Positions 1-9,626 of a stretch of 64,000 nucleotides of DNA are shown here, piece by piece. Under the pieces are notes generated by a model. That model saw nothing but the letters and a program-made list of their open reading frames with translations. It was not told where the DNA came from and did no database searches. The position numbers and the translations under genes are program-made. Origin of the DNA: Bacteriovoracia bacterium (lineage in GTDB: Bacteria; Bdellovibrionota; UBA1018; JBFWNL01); assembly GCA_050251055.1 (NCBI GenBank), contig JBFWNL010000002.1:96001-160000 (forward strand), given 5' to 3'. Position 1 is the stretch's first letter, and each line of letters begins with the position of its first letter.

Positions 1-486
1 TTCGAAGGCGATTACTTTGGCGCCACGACCGCCGCCGCTCGCTCGCTCGGTGGCAAGGGGGGCGACGCATTCTTTCCCTGGCCAAAGCTCAAGTGGGGTG
101 ACCTCGCCACGATCGAAAAGCAACTGGATGGCTTTAAGTCCGAAGAAGTCTTCGGACTGATGGTCGAGCCGCTGCGCGAAAAAACGGGCGAACGCAAGTC
201 CGAACGCGAGCTAGCCGCGCTCATCGCTGCCTGCCGTAAGCGGGATATCCCGATCTTTTTCCAAGAAACCGGGAGCCACTTCCGCAAGTATGACCCTTCC
301 CGGCTGTTCTGCGCGGGCGCGGACCTGCAACCCGATGGCATCGTCTTTTACCCGGGCCACCAGCTGGGCGTGCTCGCGGTGAACGACAAGTATTTCCTGG
401 AGAAAGGTCTGATGATGATCTCGACCTGGGACGGCGACGAGCATAGCTTCCAAATGCTACGCGAGAAGGTGTTGAAAAATGCATAA
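1..486 (+). CDS. 3' end of a class-III aminotransferase-fold protein (degenerate domain; 5'-partial)
   Basis: Frame is open from base 1: FEGDYFGATTAAARSL resembles FEGxYHGRT; LMVEP is present. IFFQET replaces LIxDEV and PDGIVFYPG lacks the PLP lysine. Confidence 0.6.
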   Translation, partial: FEGDYFGATTAAARSLGGKGGDAFFPWPKLKWGDLATIEKQLDGFKSEEVFGLMVEPLREKTGERKSERELAALIAACRKRDIPIFFQETGSHFRKYDPSRLFCAGADLQPDGIVFYPGHQLGVLAVNDKYFLEKGLMMISTWDGDEHSFQMLREKVLKNA

Positions 487-1516
487 ACTCGCATTATCGG
501 GCGGTCCCCGCGAAAGAGGGCAACAACACGGCGAAACCTATCGCGAAAGCATTCGCGAGCTCGCCGATATCCGCCGGGGGCTCGCGGAAGGCTATTTCAA
601 AACCCAACCGCCCGCCAAGCTGCGGGAGCTGATTGACGGCCAATACCAGACGTTGCAGCGCTACCCGGATCTCTGCGCCGAGTTCGATGCGATTGGCGCC
701 GCGGCCAATGTTTCGCGCGAAGACCTCATCATTTTGAACAACTATACCGACATGCGCGATTTCGCGACGGCGGGAGGTTGCAGCACCATCAGCGTGCGCT
801 CGCGGCAAGGCGCGTTCTGCGGGCAAACCTGGGACATGCATACGAGCGCGCACCGCTTCATGGTGCATCTCTCGATTCCGGGACCGGAAGCGCGTGAACG
901 CGCGGAAGTGCTCACGGTCATGGGGTGTCTCGCGCTCGCCGGCGTGAACCACGCGGGCGTTTCGGTCATGATCAACAATATGCATTGCACCGAGAATAGC
1001 TTGGGCCTCATCTGGCCAGCCCTGGTGCGCGGCATGATCTTACAACCGACGGCGGCGGGGGCTTTTGATTACATTTCGCGCCACCTGCCCTGCTCTGGAC
1101 ACAATTATATGATCAGCGATCCGAACGAGATCATCAACGTCGAGGCCTCGGGTAAGCGCGTGGAAGCGACTTACCAATCACGCGCTAACGGCGTCGTTTT
1201 TCACACCAACCACTACGTGGGGAAGCTGAAAGAGACCGAAAATCTGCGTATGCAGAGCAAAACCACCCACGAGCGCTTTGCCAGCCTCGATCGCTATTTC
1301 AAATCCTTGGATGCATCCAACTACGGGTACGAGCAGCTCGTGCGCGAGGTGTTTTTGGAAGAGCGAGTGCCCAATGTTTGCATTCCGATCCCTAAACCAG
1401 GTGCCGACGACACCTACACCTGCGGCGGAATCCTGATCGATACCTCGAATCGCCGCGGCGAGATGTTCCATGGCCTCTACAAAGACGGCGACAAGCATGA
1501 GTTTCGCTGGGGTTAG
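479..1516 (+). CDS. Peptidase family C45 / acyl-CoA:6-APA acyltransferase-like Ntn hydrolase
   Basis: N-terminal GxPRERGxQHG, autocleavage site GG|CSTIS, GQTWD, GVNHAG and HTNH motifs. Overlaps the upstream gene by 8 bp. Confidence 0.85.
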   Translation: MHKLALSGGPRERGQQHGETYRESIRELADIRRGLAEGYFKTQPPAKLRELIDGQYQTLQRYPDLCAEFDAIGAAANVSREDLIILNNYTDMRDFATAGGCSTISVRSRQGAFCGQTWDMHTSAHRFMVHLSIPGPEARERAEVLTVMGCLALAGVNHAGVSVMINNMHCTENSLGLIWPALVRGMILQPTAAGAFDYISRHLPCSGHNYMISDPNEIINVEASGKRVEATYQSRANGVVFHTNHYVGKLKETENLRMQSKTTHERFASLDRYFKSLDASNYGYEQLVREVFLEERVPNVCIPIPKPGADDTYTCGGILIDTSNRRGEMFHGLYKDGDKHEFRWG

Positions 1517-4500
1517 CTCGTCAAGGTCAGGAAGCCGTCTTCATCGACGTAGCCTTTAGCGCCCGTATTGAACCAGCCCGTGCCGATGGCCGCGGACGTC
1601 CCACGAGGATCATTTAGGTACTCCTTCATCACGTTCGGCCCTTTTACCCACAAAAACCCTTCCTCGTTCGGCGGAAGCGCCCGTCCGTCCGTTCCACCCA
1701 CGATTTTTACGCAGACGCCAGGAAGCGGATGACCGAGGGTACCGGGACGACTACCGGCCTGGTGAGTTCGCTCGCTTTTATAATCCGGAATATTCAAGGA
1801 TATGATCGGCGAGCATTCGGCACAGCCAAAACCCTCGAGCGGGCTCTTACCGAAACGCGCTTGGAACCTAGTGAGGAAATCGGGCGAAAGCCGGCCGCCG
1901 CCGACTACCCATTTCCCGACCGTTCCGAATGCTTCAGGATCGAGCGCAAGCCCGTACTTCTCGAAAGAAGGCCCCATCCAAGCCATAATGGTGGGCCGGA
2001 AACGGCGGGCCAAATCCGCCAGGATCGCGGTATTCTCGGAATTCGGGTGAAAAATCGAAGCGCACCCATAGATCGCCGGCAATAAAATCCCGCCCGTGAA
2101 AGACATCGAATAGGAAGACGGGATCGTACTGAACACCCGGTCCTCCCCGTCGATCTGAAAGACCTGACGCAGGCCACTCAGGTTAGACAAGAGATTGAGA
2201 TGACTGAGTACGATTCCCTTTGGCCGGCGCGCCCCATCGAACTTAAAAAGAATTGCCGCCGGCGCGCGAAGATCCGGCGACACGCGGTCTCTTACTTGCC
2301 GAAGCATCGCCGAAAACGAGTACGCCGGCGCCAGCTTGGGCGTGACCTCGTCGATCAGCACCCGCTTCTCGCCGGGGATCTTAGCCAAGCCCGGGTATTT
2401 TTGCAGCATCGCGCTCGAGGTGAGCCAAGTCCGAATTTCCGCGGCCTTCGCCTCCGCCTCCACGAACTCTCCGCTCTCGAAGTAATCGAAATTCACCGGT
2501 ACCCGACCGGCGAGCATCACGGATAGATTCGCCACGACGTTATCCACGCCAGGCTCGAGCGCGATTCCGATCGGCGGTCCCGCGTGCACGTCGTGTTCGG
2601 GTAGGAAATAACGACTGAGCCAGAAGGCCCGATTCGCCGCCTGCCGAAAAGTCAATTCCTGCTGGCTATCCGCCACAAAGAGTCGCGCGGAATTCCTGCG
2701 AGCAGTCTCTAAAAATTGAAGAGGAATCGGCGCCTGGCTAGCGACCTGCTCGACAAAGCTCTCTGCGAGCAGCTCCTGCATCGCGTGCCGCACTTCGTGG
2801 GCCTTGGCGGTTGGGACCAGGGGCTTTCCGTAGATCACGTCCACTGGGTAAGGGATACGTTTTGGCCACTTGAAAAGAAGCTTACCGCCCTCAAAGCTGA
2901 AGATGCTGCCCCACAATCCAGAAAGCACCACCGGCACGATCGGTTTGTTCGCCTCGGTCGCGATGGCTTCCAAGCCGCGGCGAAAGCGAAGCAGATTACC
3001 GGTGCGGGTAATCGCCCCTTCCGCGAAGATGCAGACCAGATCTCCATCCAAAATCTTGTCCCGCGCCATCGCTAAGGACTCCTGCTTCTTTTCTCGCGGA
3101 TCCTTCGACGACACAGGAATCACGCCCATCTTTCTAAAAAACCAGTGGAGGCCGGGAGTTTCATAGAAAGGGCGATACATCATGAAGCGGACTGGTCGAT
3201 CACAGGAAGCCCCAATGAGCAGGGCGTCCACCCACGACACGTGATTAGCTACGAGCAGAGCTCCCGAGGCAGGAATGTTCTCCGCGCCCCGGACGCGGAC
3301 GCGGTATATAGTATTGCTCAGGATCCAAAGCACTAACCGTACGAACGCTTCCGGCAGCAGGCTCAAGATGTAGATCGTAGCCGCGAAGGTCAGCAGCGAA
3401 ACCGTGATCACGACCTGCTGGATCTGTAGATGCAGAAAGTCGGTGAGAAACCACGACAAGCCGGCGGCGATGAGTACGCCGACGAAACTCAACACATTGG
3501 AGAAGGCGATAAATCGCCCCTTCATTCCGGCCGGGCTGCGCTGCTGCAAAAGGGCCTGTAAGGGCACGATGAAGAATCCCGCGCCAATGCCCAAAACTCC
3601 CAAATCCAAGATCGTCCGCAGGGGCAGGCCCAAGAAAAGCCTGATGCCGCCGTTTCCAAAGAGCGCCAAATCCATCGAAACCAGGGAAAGGACGATGCTG
3701 CCCAAGGGGACGAGCCCGAGCTCGACCCTTCCCCGCGAAAGCTTACCCGCCAATATGGATCCGCCGGCGATGCCGACCGAGAGTACCGCGAGCAAAAGTC
3801 CGGCACTTTCCTCCGCCAGGCCCAAGACGTTCTTGCCAAAGATCGGAATGACATTGAGGAAGATCGCCCCCAGAAAATAGAAATAACCGATGCCAAGCAA
3901 CGTCTGTAGCAAGACGTTCGTTTTGCGCACCTCCTGCAAGTCATCCCAAGCCGAACTCAAGATGTTCCATACAAAGCGGGCCTGGGGATTGAACTGCTCG
4001 GATCGCGGAACGAAAAGTACCGCGACCGTACCGAGGGCGGCCACCGCCGTGAGCGTCCATCCGATGTACTGGGGCTCGGTCTTGAACTTGGAATACACTA
4101 GCACTCCCCCGATGGAGCCAACAAGAATCGCTACGTTCGTAGTCATCTGAAGGATGCCGTTGGCTAGCGATAAATCCCTTTCGGCGAAAACCTCGGGAAA
4201 CAGCCCGTACTTGGCGGGGCTGAAGAAGGCGCTGTGCACGCAAAGAAAAAAGAAAACCGCAATCAAAAGCGGAAGGCTTCCCGCGCCCAGCACCCAGGTG
4301 GCCAGCAGCATCGCCAGCACTTCGGGGAGCTTTGTCCAAAACAAGACGTGAAGCTTGCGGTAACGATCGGCGACGTAACCCGCGAGCGGCGAAAAAAGCA
4401 AAAAAGCCGCCGGCATCACGGCGGTGGCGAGGCTCGAAAAACGCACTTGTTCGGCAGGCTCGGCGACCGTGGCGAGCACGAGGAGCACGATCGTCGTCTT

Positions 4501-4587
4501 AAAGGCATTGTCGTTGGCCGCGCCTAGAAACTGCGCGAGCAGGAAGGCGTAAAACCGAGGCGACTTCAGCGTGATCTTGGCCGACAT
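1513..4587 (-). CDS. aas: LplT-Aas-type fusion: MFS lysophospholipid transporter + PlsC-type acyltransferase + degenerate AMP-binding domain
   Basis: AQFLGAANDNAFK and FFSPAKYG (LplT-like MFS); NHVSWVD and FAEGAITRTG (acyltransferase); PKGIVLSHLNL and EGFGCAECSP (adenylation domain). Confidence 0.85.
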   Translation of the reverse strand: MSAKITLKSPRFYAFLLAQFLGAANDNAFKTTIVLLVLATVAEPAEQVRFSSLATAVMPAAFLLFSPLAGYVADRYRKLHVLFWTKLPEVLAMLLATWVLGAGSLPLLIAVFFFLCVHSAFFSPAKYGLFPEVFAERDLSLANGILQMTTNVAILVGSIGGVLVYSKFKTEPQYIGWTLTAVAALGTVAVLFVPRSEQFNPQARFVWNILSSAWDDLQEVRKTNVLLQTLLGIGYFYFLGAIFLNVIPIFGKNVLGLAEESAGLLLAVLSVGIAGGSILAGKLSRGRVELGLVPLGSIVLSLVSMDLALFGNGGIRLFLGLPLRTILDLGVLGIGAGFFIVPLQALLQQRSPAGMKGRFIAFSNVLSFVGVLIAAGLSWFLTDFLHLQIQQVVITVSLLTFAATIYILSLLPEAFVRLVLWILSNTIYRVRVRGAENIPASGALLVANHVSWVDALLIGASCDRPVRFMMYRPFYETPGLHWFFRKMGVIPVSSKDPREKKQESLAMARDKILDGDLVCIFAEGAITRTGNLLRFRRGLEAIATEANKPIVPVVLSGLWGSIFSFEGGKLLFKWPKRIPYPVDVIYGKPLVPTAKAHEVRHAMQELLAESFVEQVASQAPIPLQFLETARRNSARLFVADSQQELTFRQAANRAFWLSRYFLPEHDVHAGPPIGIALEPGVDNVVANLSVMLAGRVPVNFDYFESGEFVEAEAKAAEIRTWLTSSAMLQKYPGLAKIPGEKRVLIDEVTPKLAPAYSFSAMLRQVRDRVSPDLRAPAAILFKFDGARRPKGIVLSHLNLLSNLSGLRQVFQIDGEDRVFSTIPSSYSMSFTGGILLPAIYGCASIFHPNSENTAILADLARRFRPTIMAWMGPSFEKYGLALDPEAFGTVGKWVVGGGRLSPDFLTRFQARFGKSPLEGFGCAECSPIISLNIPDYKSERTHQAGSRPGTLGHPLPGVCVKIVGGTDGRALPPNEEGFLWVKGPNVMKEYLNDPRGTSAAIGTGWFNTGAKGYVDEDGFLTLTS

Positions 4588-4602
4588 GGGTTCCCCTCCG
4601 GG

Positions 4603-5979
4603 CTACTTCTTAAAGAAAGACGCGATGACTTTCGCCAGCGTATCCACGAGCTCGTCAATCTCGGCGGCGGAGCTGTTAAGCGGCGGTCCCAACATGACCA
4701 GGTCCCCATTTACCCCGTCCGCCTGCCCGATGTTGGGCCAAACGATTAGTCCACGATCAAACGCGTGAGCGACGAAATTCTCGGCCACCTTCTTCGCCCG
4801 CTCGAACGGACGCTTGGTCGCCTTGTCCTCTACGAACTCCACGCCGGCAAAAGGCCCTCGGCCGGTGACGAAGCCGACGTTCGGATGACTGGCGACCTGA
4901 GTGGCCAAAAGCTCATGCAGGCGCGCTCCGATCTGCCGACCATTGGCGAGCACTTGATGACGATCGTAGTAGGCGAGCGTAGCGACGCCGGCGGCCGCGA
5001 TCGACGGCGACTGTAAAAAAGTCTGGGCGTGCATGAAATAGCCCGATCCACGTTTCATTTCGTCCAAGTGAGAAGACTTCACCATCACGGCGCTGAGCGG
5101 AATGTACCCCCCACTGACCCCTTTTCCCAACAACAGGATGTCGGGTTGGAAGCCGAAGTGCTCGCTCGCGAAAAAAGGGCCACTGCGGCCGGATCCGCAC
5201 ATGACCTCGTCGGCGATCATGAGCACGTCGTATTTGCGGCAGATCGTCATTACGCGATCGAAATAACCGGGCGGCGGCACGCTCGCCCCGGCGGACGATC
5301 CGATGATAGGCTCGACGAAGAACGCGGCCACGGTCTCCGGCCCCTCCTCCAAAATCGCTTGCTCCAGCAAATTCGCATAATGCTCACCACCGTCGCGCGC
5401 GTAGTCGGTGACCGCGGATCGATATTCATAAGTAGAGGGGATCAACCGCACAGCCGTAAGCAATGGACCGTAGTATTTTTGATAGTGGGGCCGGCCCGAA
5501 GCCGAGAGCGCGAACAAGGTATTGCCGTGGTAACCAGGCGTGCGTGCGATGACCTTGGCACGTCCGGGCTTTCCACGTTCAACCCAAAGTTGTCGTGCGA
5601 ACTTGACCGCGGCTTCCACCGCCTCGGAACCCGAACCTAAGAAAGCCGCGCGATTCAACGCGCCCGCGGAACCGCCGGTCAACGGCTTCGCATACTCGAC
5701 CAACCGCGCGGCCAGCTGCTCAGCCGGCTCATTTGTGAATTGAGTCCCGTTGACGTAGGCGACCTTGGTCATCTGCTGGGAAATCGCTTCGACGACCTCG
5801 CGACAGCCATGACCGAGGCTAGTCACCAGAGCGCCGCCGGAGGCATCGATGTACCGCTTGCCGGAGTGATCAAAGAGGAACATGCGTTCCCCATGAGAAA
5901 CCACGGGAAGACGCTTTTGCAGATTCCGGAGCAGGACGTTTCCCTCCGGGTATTGCACGCCTTTCTTAAGATCGACCAT
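4603..5979 (-). CDS. Class-III PLP-dependent aminotransferase
   Basis: GSGSEAVEAAVK, GYHGNT, FFVEPIIG, IADEVMCGSGRSG and PDILLLGKG (PLP Lys). Start moved to ATG 5979 to avoid overlapping the thiolase. Confidence 0.9.
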   Translation of the reverse strand: MVDLKKGVQYPEGNVLLRNLQKRLPVVSHGERMFLFDHSGKRYIDASGGALVTSLGHGCREVVEAISQQMTKVAYVNGTQFTNEPAEQLAARLVEYAKPLTGGSAGALNRAAFLGSGSEAVEAAVKFARQLWVERGKPGRAKVIARTPGYHGNTLFALSASGRPHYQKYYGPLLTAVRLIPSTYEYRSAVTDYARDGGEHYANLLEQAILEEGPETVAAFFVEPIIGSSAGASVPPPGYFDRVMTICRKYDVLMIADEVMCGSGRSGPFFASEHFGFQPDILLLGKGVSGGYIPLSAVMVKSSHLDEMKRGSGYFMHAQTFLQSPSIAAAGVATLAYYDRHQVLANGRQIGARLHELLATQVASHPNVGFVTGRGPFAGVEFVEDKATKRPFERAKKVAENFVAHAFDRGLIVWPNIGQADGVNGDLVMLGPPLNSSAAEIDELVDTLAKVIASFFKK

Positions 5980-6014
5980 ATGTTTCAAGCATACTCGATG
6001 GAGATGTGTTAGGA

Positions 6015-7223
6015 ATGTTTTTTGTGAAAACCAACGCCCTTTCCAGCCCCTTTTCTCGACCCATTTACTTGGGTGCCGCGACGCGCACCCCGATTGGAAA
6101 ATTTGGGGGCAGCTTGAGCCGCATTCCCGCGCCAAAGCTCGCCGCGCTCTGTTTGCAAGCGGCGTTATCACGCGCTCCCGATGTCCCGGCCGCCGACTTT
6201 GTCTTGCTCGGGCACGCCCGCCAAGCCGGCGCCGGCCCGAATCCTGCTCGCCAGGCGGCAGTTTTTGCCGGCCTTCCGGAATCCACTCCCGCCTTCACGA
6301 TCAATCAAGCCTGCGCCTCTGGGATGACGGCTATCATTTCGGCCGTGGAAAAAATCGCCATTGGCCGCGCTCATTCTATTTGGGCCGGCGGCGTGGAGAG
6401 CATGTCGAATACCCCTTACCTCCTGATGAACGCGCGCTTCGGCATGCGCCTGGGCCACGGCGAAGCGGTGGACGGCATGCACAAGGACGGGTTTCACTGC
6501 GCGCTCGCGGACATGGTCATGGGGAAGACGGTCGAAGAATTCATCGCGAAAGAACGCGGGATCTCCCGGCGGGCCCAAGACGAATATGCCTTGCTCTCGC
6601 AGCAACGCGCGGAAGCCGCCTGGCAATCAGGAGCGTTCCGCCCCGAAACCTTCGCGATCGCGCCCGATCCCAAAGATCGCGGGCAACCGGGCCTGGCCCA
6701 AGACGAACACCGGCGGCCCCAGACCTCGCTCGAGGAGCTGGCGAAACTTCCGGCGGTCTTCGATCCTAAGCAGGGCAGCGTGACCGCCGGGAATTCCAGC
6801 GGCATCACGGATGGCGCCGCTTTTCTGCACGTGAGCGATCGGAAAGACGTCCACGCGCAGGCCGAGATCCTCGACTACGAAACCGTGGCTCTGGATCCCA
6901 AGCGCATGGGACTAGGTCCCATCGGGGCCATCGGCAAAATCCTCGCGCGCCAGCGCGTGCAAATCGACGACCTGCACGCGATTGAAATTAACGAAGCTTT
7001 CGCCGCCCAGATCCTCGCGTGCCAAACCGAGCTAAAAATTCCCACCGAGAAGCTCAACCCACGCGGCGGCGCCATCGCCCTGGGTCACCCCATCGGTGCC
7101 AGCGGCGCGCGCGTCACCACGACTCTAATCCATCAACTCGCAGGCAACTCGGGATCCCTGGGGATCGCCTCGCTTTGCGTGAGTGGTGGCCAAGGGATCG
7201 CGCTGCTACTGCGCGGACTCTAA
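6015..7223 (+). CDS. Acetyl-CoA C-acyltransferase (thiolase)
   Basis: RTPIGKFGG, INQACASG (catalytic Cys), NEAFA, GGAIALGHPIGASG and LCVSGGQG motifs. Start is ATG 6015 or GTG 6024. Confidence 0.95.
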   Translation: MFFVKTNALSSPFSRPIYLGAATRTPIGKFGGSLSRIPAPKLAALCLQAALSRAPDVPAADFVLLGHARQAGAGPNPARQAAVFAGLPESTPAFTINQACASGMTAIISAVEKIAIGRAHSIWAGGVESMSNTPYLLMNARFGMRLGHGEAVDGMHKDGFHCALADMVMGKTVEEFIAKERGISRRAQDEYALLSQQRAEAAWQSGAFRPETFAIAPDPKDRGQPGLAQDEHRRPQTSLEELAKLPAVFDPKQGSVTAGNSSGITDGAAFLHVSDRKDVHAQAEILDYETVALDPKRMGLGPIGAIGKILARQRVQIDDLHAIEINEAFAAQILACQTELKIPTEKLNPRGGAIALGHPIGASGARVTTTLIHQLAGNSGSLGIASLCVSGGQGIALLLRGL

Positions 7224-7565
7224 GCTACGAATAATCGCCGATTTGATTTTGTCCGGCACGCGCACGGCTTTGCAATCGGACACCGTGCCCGTATCATTTC
7301 CGCAGCGATGCTTGCCGTCGTTATAAGAATCACAGGTGAAGTATTCTTTTTCAGGATCCGTAGGATCCGGCAGGATTTCTCGTTTGATGGGATATCCGGT
7401 TTCTCGCCCGTCCGTTGTGCAAGTACAGGAACAATACCACCCACCATGCAACGGAACATCGGCGGCGATGATCGCAAAGGTAGAATCCTCTGCGGTCACG
7501 GCACCGGCGTTAAAAACAATTAGAGTAGAAAATAAGAAAAAGAGACTCCGCGAAAAGCGAATCAT
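7206..7565 (-). CDS. Small secreted cysteine-rich hypothetical protein
   Basis: Signal-peptide-like N-terminus and 6 Cys in the mature part. Fills an otherwise empty gap, with an AT-rich upstream region. Confidence 0.65.
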   Translation of the reverse strand: MIRFSRSLFFLFSTLIVFNAGAVTAEDSTFAIIAADVPLHGGWYCSCTCTTDGRETGYPIKREILPDPTDPEKEYFTCDSYNDGKHRCGNDTGTVSDCKAVRVPDKIKSAIIRSLESAQ

Positions 7566-7730
7566 GTGGCGATACCCCCAAAAAAACCCATTTTCCCCAA
7601 AGCTATCTAGACCAATATAATACAGAGCGTTAAGTATTTGAAATGTGTCTGATTTGATTCACTCAAAAAAACGCCTGGGACCGCGCCAAACGGTTTTCAT
7701 CCCCTCGTTATCCCGGTAAAGACAACTAGA

Positions 7731-9626
7731 ATGCAAAGGATTCAACTCCTCCCCCCCACGGTAGCCGAGCGCATCGCCGCCGGCGAAGTGATCGAAAGAC
7801 CCGCGAGCGTCGTCAAGGAGCTCGTAGAAAATGCCCTCGATGCCGGGGCGACGGAGATCGCCGTCATCCTGAAAGACGGCGGGCGGGAGCTCATCGAGAT
7901 CATCGATAACGGGTCGGGGATGGGCAGGGAAGACCTTGCCATCAGCGTGCTCCGGCACGCCACGAGCAAAATCCGATCGCTCGACGACCTAGAGCAAATC
8001 CGCACGCTCGGTTTCCGAGGCGAGGCATTGCCGAGCGTGGCCGCGGTTTCCCAGATGAAGATCGTTTCCCGCGCAAAGGGCTCGGATACCGCATACGAAC
8101 TCGATGCTTCGGCGCCGACTTCGTCCCAAAATCCCGTCGCGGTCACCTTCGGTCACTTCCTGGGATCCGAGCACGGTAGCGCGATCAAGGTCGAGTCGAT
8201 TTTTTCGCAAATCCCGGCCCGGCTGAAATTCCTCAAGGCGCCCGGCGCCGAAGTCTCCTTCGTGCGCGACTGGCTGGAACGCTTGGCCCTCACGCGCCCA
8301 GACGTGGGCTTTCATTTTTCCCATAACGACAAGAGCCTATTCCGCCTGCGCCCCCAGACCCCCGAAGAACGCATCCAACAAACGCTTTCGGAAGGCGACG
8401 ACTTGCCCGTGGTTTCCGCAGATTCCGCGAGCTTGGGCTCGGCGGTAGACATCCAGATCCGCGTGCGCGCCTACTGGCTGCACGGGTTCAGCGCGCCCCA
8501 CACGCGGCGACTGTACCAAGTCGTGAACGGACGCGTGCTAAAAGACCGCATGCTCCAACACGCGATGCTCACGCCGTTCCGCCAGGCGTTACTCCCCGGG
8601 CAGTTTCCCGCGCTTTATCTCAACATCGAGATCGACCCGAGCGAGCTCGATGTGAACGTGCACCCCACCAAGACGGAAGTGCGCTTTCTCCACAATTCCA
8701 AGGTTTATCACCTCGTCCAATCGACGCTGCAATCGTTGGTCATGAATCATGGGGCGCCCTCGATCGTCGCGGGGCCGCGCGCCTGGGTAAATGCGCCGGC
8801 GCCAAACCCCGCTCTCTCCGGACCTTCACCGCGCGTCCCGACGGGCTTCGCCGGTAAGGCTTCTAACTTTGGTGACGCCGGATATTCCGGGGCGCTTAGC
8901 CCAGTGCTTCGCGCGAGTGAATGGCGGCCCGCCTCGATGGAAAGCGCCCAGGAAACGATTTCATTTACTGCGGAGCCGCCCGCTACCGCCCTCGGCGCGC
9001 CCCCGAATCCGCTGCGAGAATTCTTCCGCCATGCCCACTACCAAGGCGTGATTTTTCGCACTTACCTGCTTTTTGAAAACGAAGCAGAACTGGGAATCAT
9101 TGATCAGCACGCGGCGCACGAGCGGATCCGCTTTGAACGCCTAAAGCGCGGCGCGTTCGGCAATACAGGAGAAGGCGTGGAACGCCAGGCCCTGCTCATG
9201 CCGGAGACCGTGAGTTTACGTACGGAGGACCGGGAAAAGCTGGAAACCCGCCTTCCCTGGCTGGAAAGCCTTGGGTTCGAGGCGGAAATTTTCGGCGAAG
9301 GCGCCGTACTTTTCCGTTCGGTACCCGCCGCTTGGGGCGCCGACGCCCTCAAGGCTCGCTTAAAGGCGCTGGTAGAGCGCGTGCTGGAAACCGAAACCAC
9401 CGAAGCGGGACCGCTGGCACTCGACGAGCGGCTGTTCGAAAAACTGGCGAGCGAAGCCTGTCATTCAGCCATTCGCGCGGGCGACCGGGTAGAGCCCGTG
9501 CAAGCCCGCGCGCTCGTTGACGAACTTTTCGCTTGCGAGCATCCCTGGAATTGCCCGCACGGTCGCCCTACGATCGTGAAAATCTCCGAAGCTCGGATCG
9601 AGGAATGGTTTCACCGCCGCGTCTAG
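7731..9626 (+). CDS. mutL: DNA mismatch repair endonuclease MutL
   Basis: IAAGEVIERPASVVKELVENALDA, GFRGEAL, DVNVHPTK, DQHAAHER and CPHGRP motifs. Confidence 0.98.
   Translation: MQRIQLLPPTVAERIAAGEVIERPASVVKELVENALDAGATEIAVILKDGGRELIEIIDNGSGMGREDLAISVLRHATSKIRSLDDLEQIRTLGFRGEALPSVAAVSQMKIVSRAKGSDTAYELDASAPTSSQNPVAVTFGHFLGSEHGSAIKVESIFSQIPARLKFLKAPGAEVSFVRDWLERLALTRPDVGFHFSHNDKSLFRLRPQTPEERIQQTLSEGDDLPVVSADSASLGSAVDIQIRVRAYWLHGFSAPHTRRLYQVVNGRVLKDRMLQHAMLTPFRQALLPGQFPALYLNIEIDPSELDVNVHPTKTEVRFLHNSKVYHLVQSTLQSLVMNHGAPSIVAGPRAWVNAPAPNPALSGPSPRVPTGFAGKASNFGDAGYSGALSPVLRASEWRPASMESAQETISFTAEPPATALGAPPNPLREFFRHAHYQGVIFRTYLLFENEAELGIIDQHAAHERIRFERLKRGAFGNTGEGVERQALLMPETVSLRTEDREKLETRLPWLESLGFEAEIFGEGAVLFRSVPAAWGADALKARLKALVERVLETETTEAGPLALDERLFEKLASEACHSAIRAGDRVEPVQARALVDELFACEHPWNCPHGRPTIVKISEARIEEWFHRRV

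Noticed and set aside
5980-6171. N-terminal extension of the aminotransferase ORF
   Set aside because: It overlaps the divergent thiolase and has no family similarity; ATG 5979 is more plausible.
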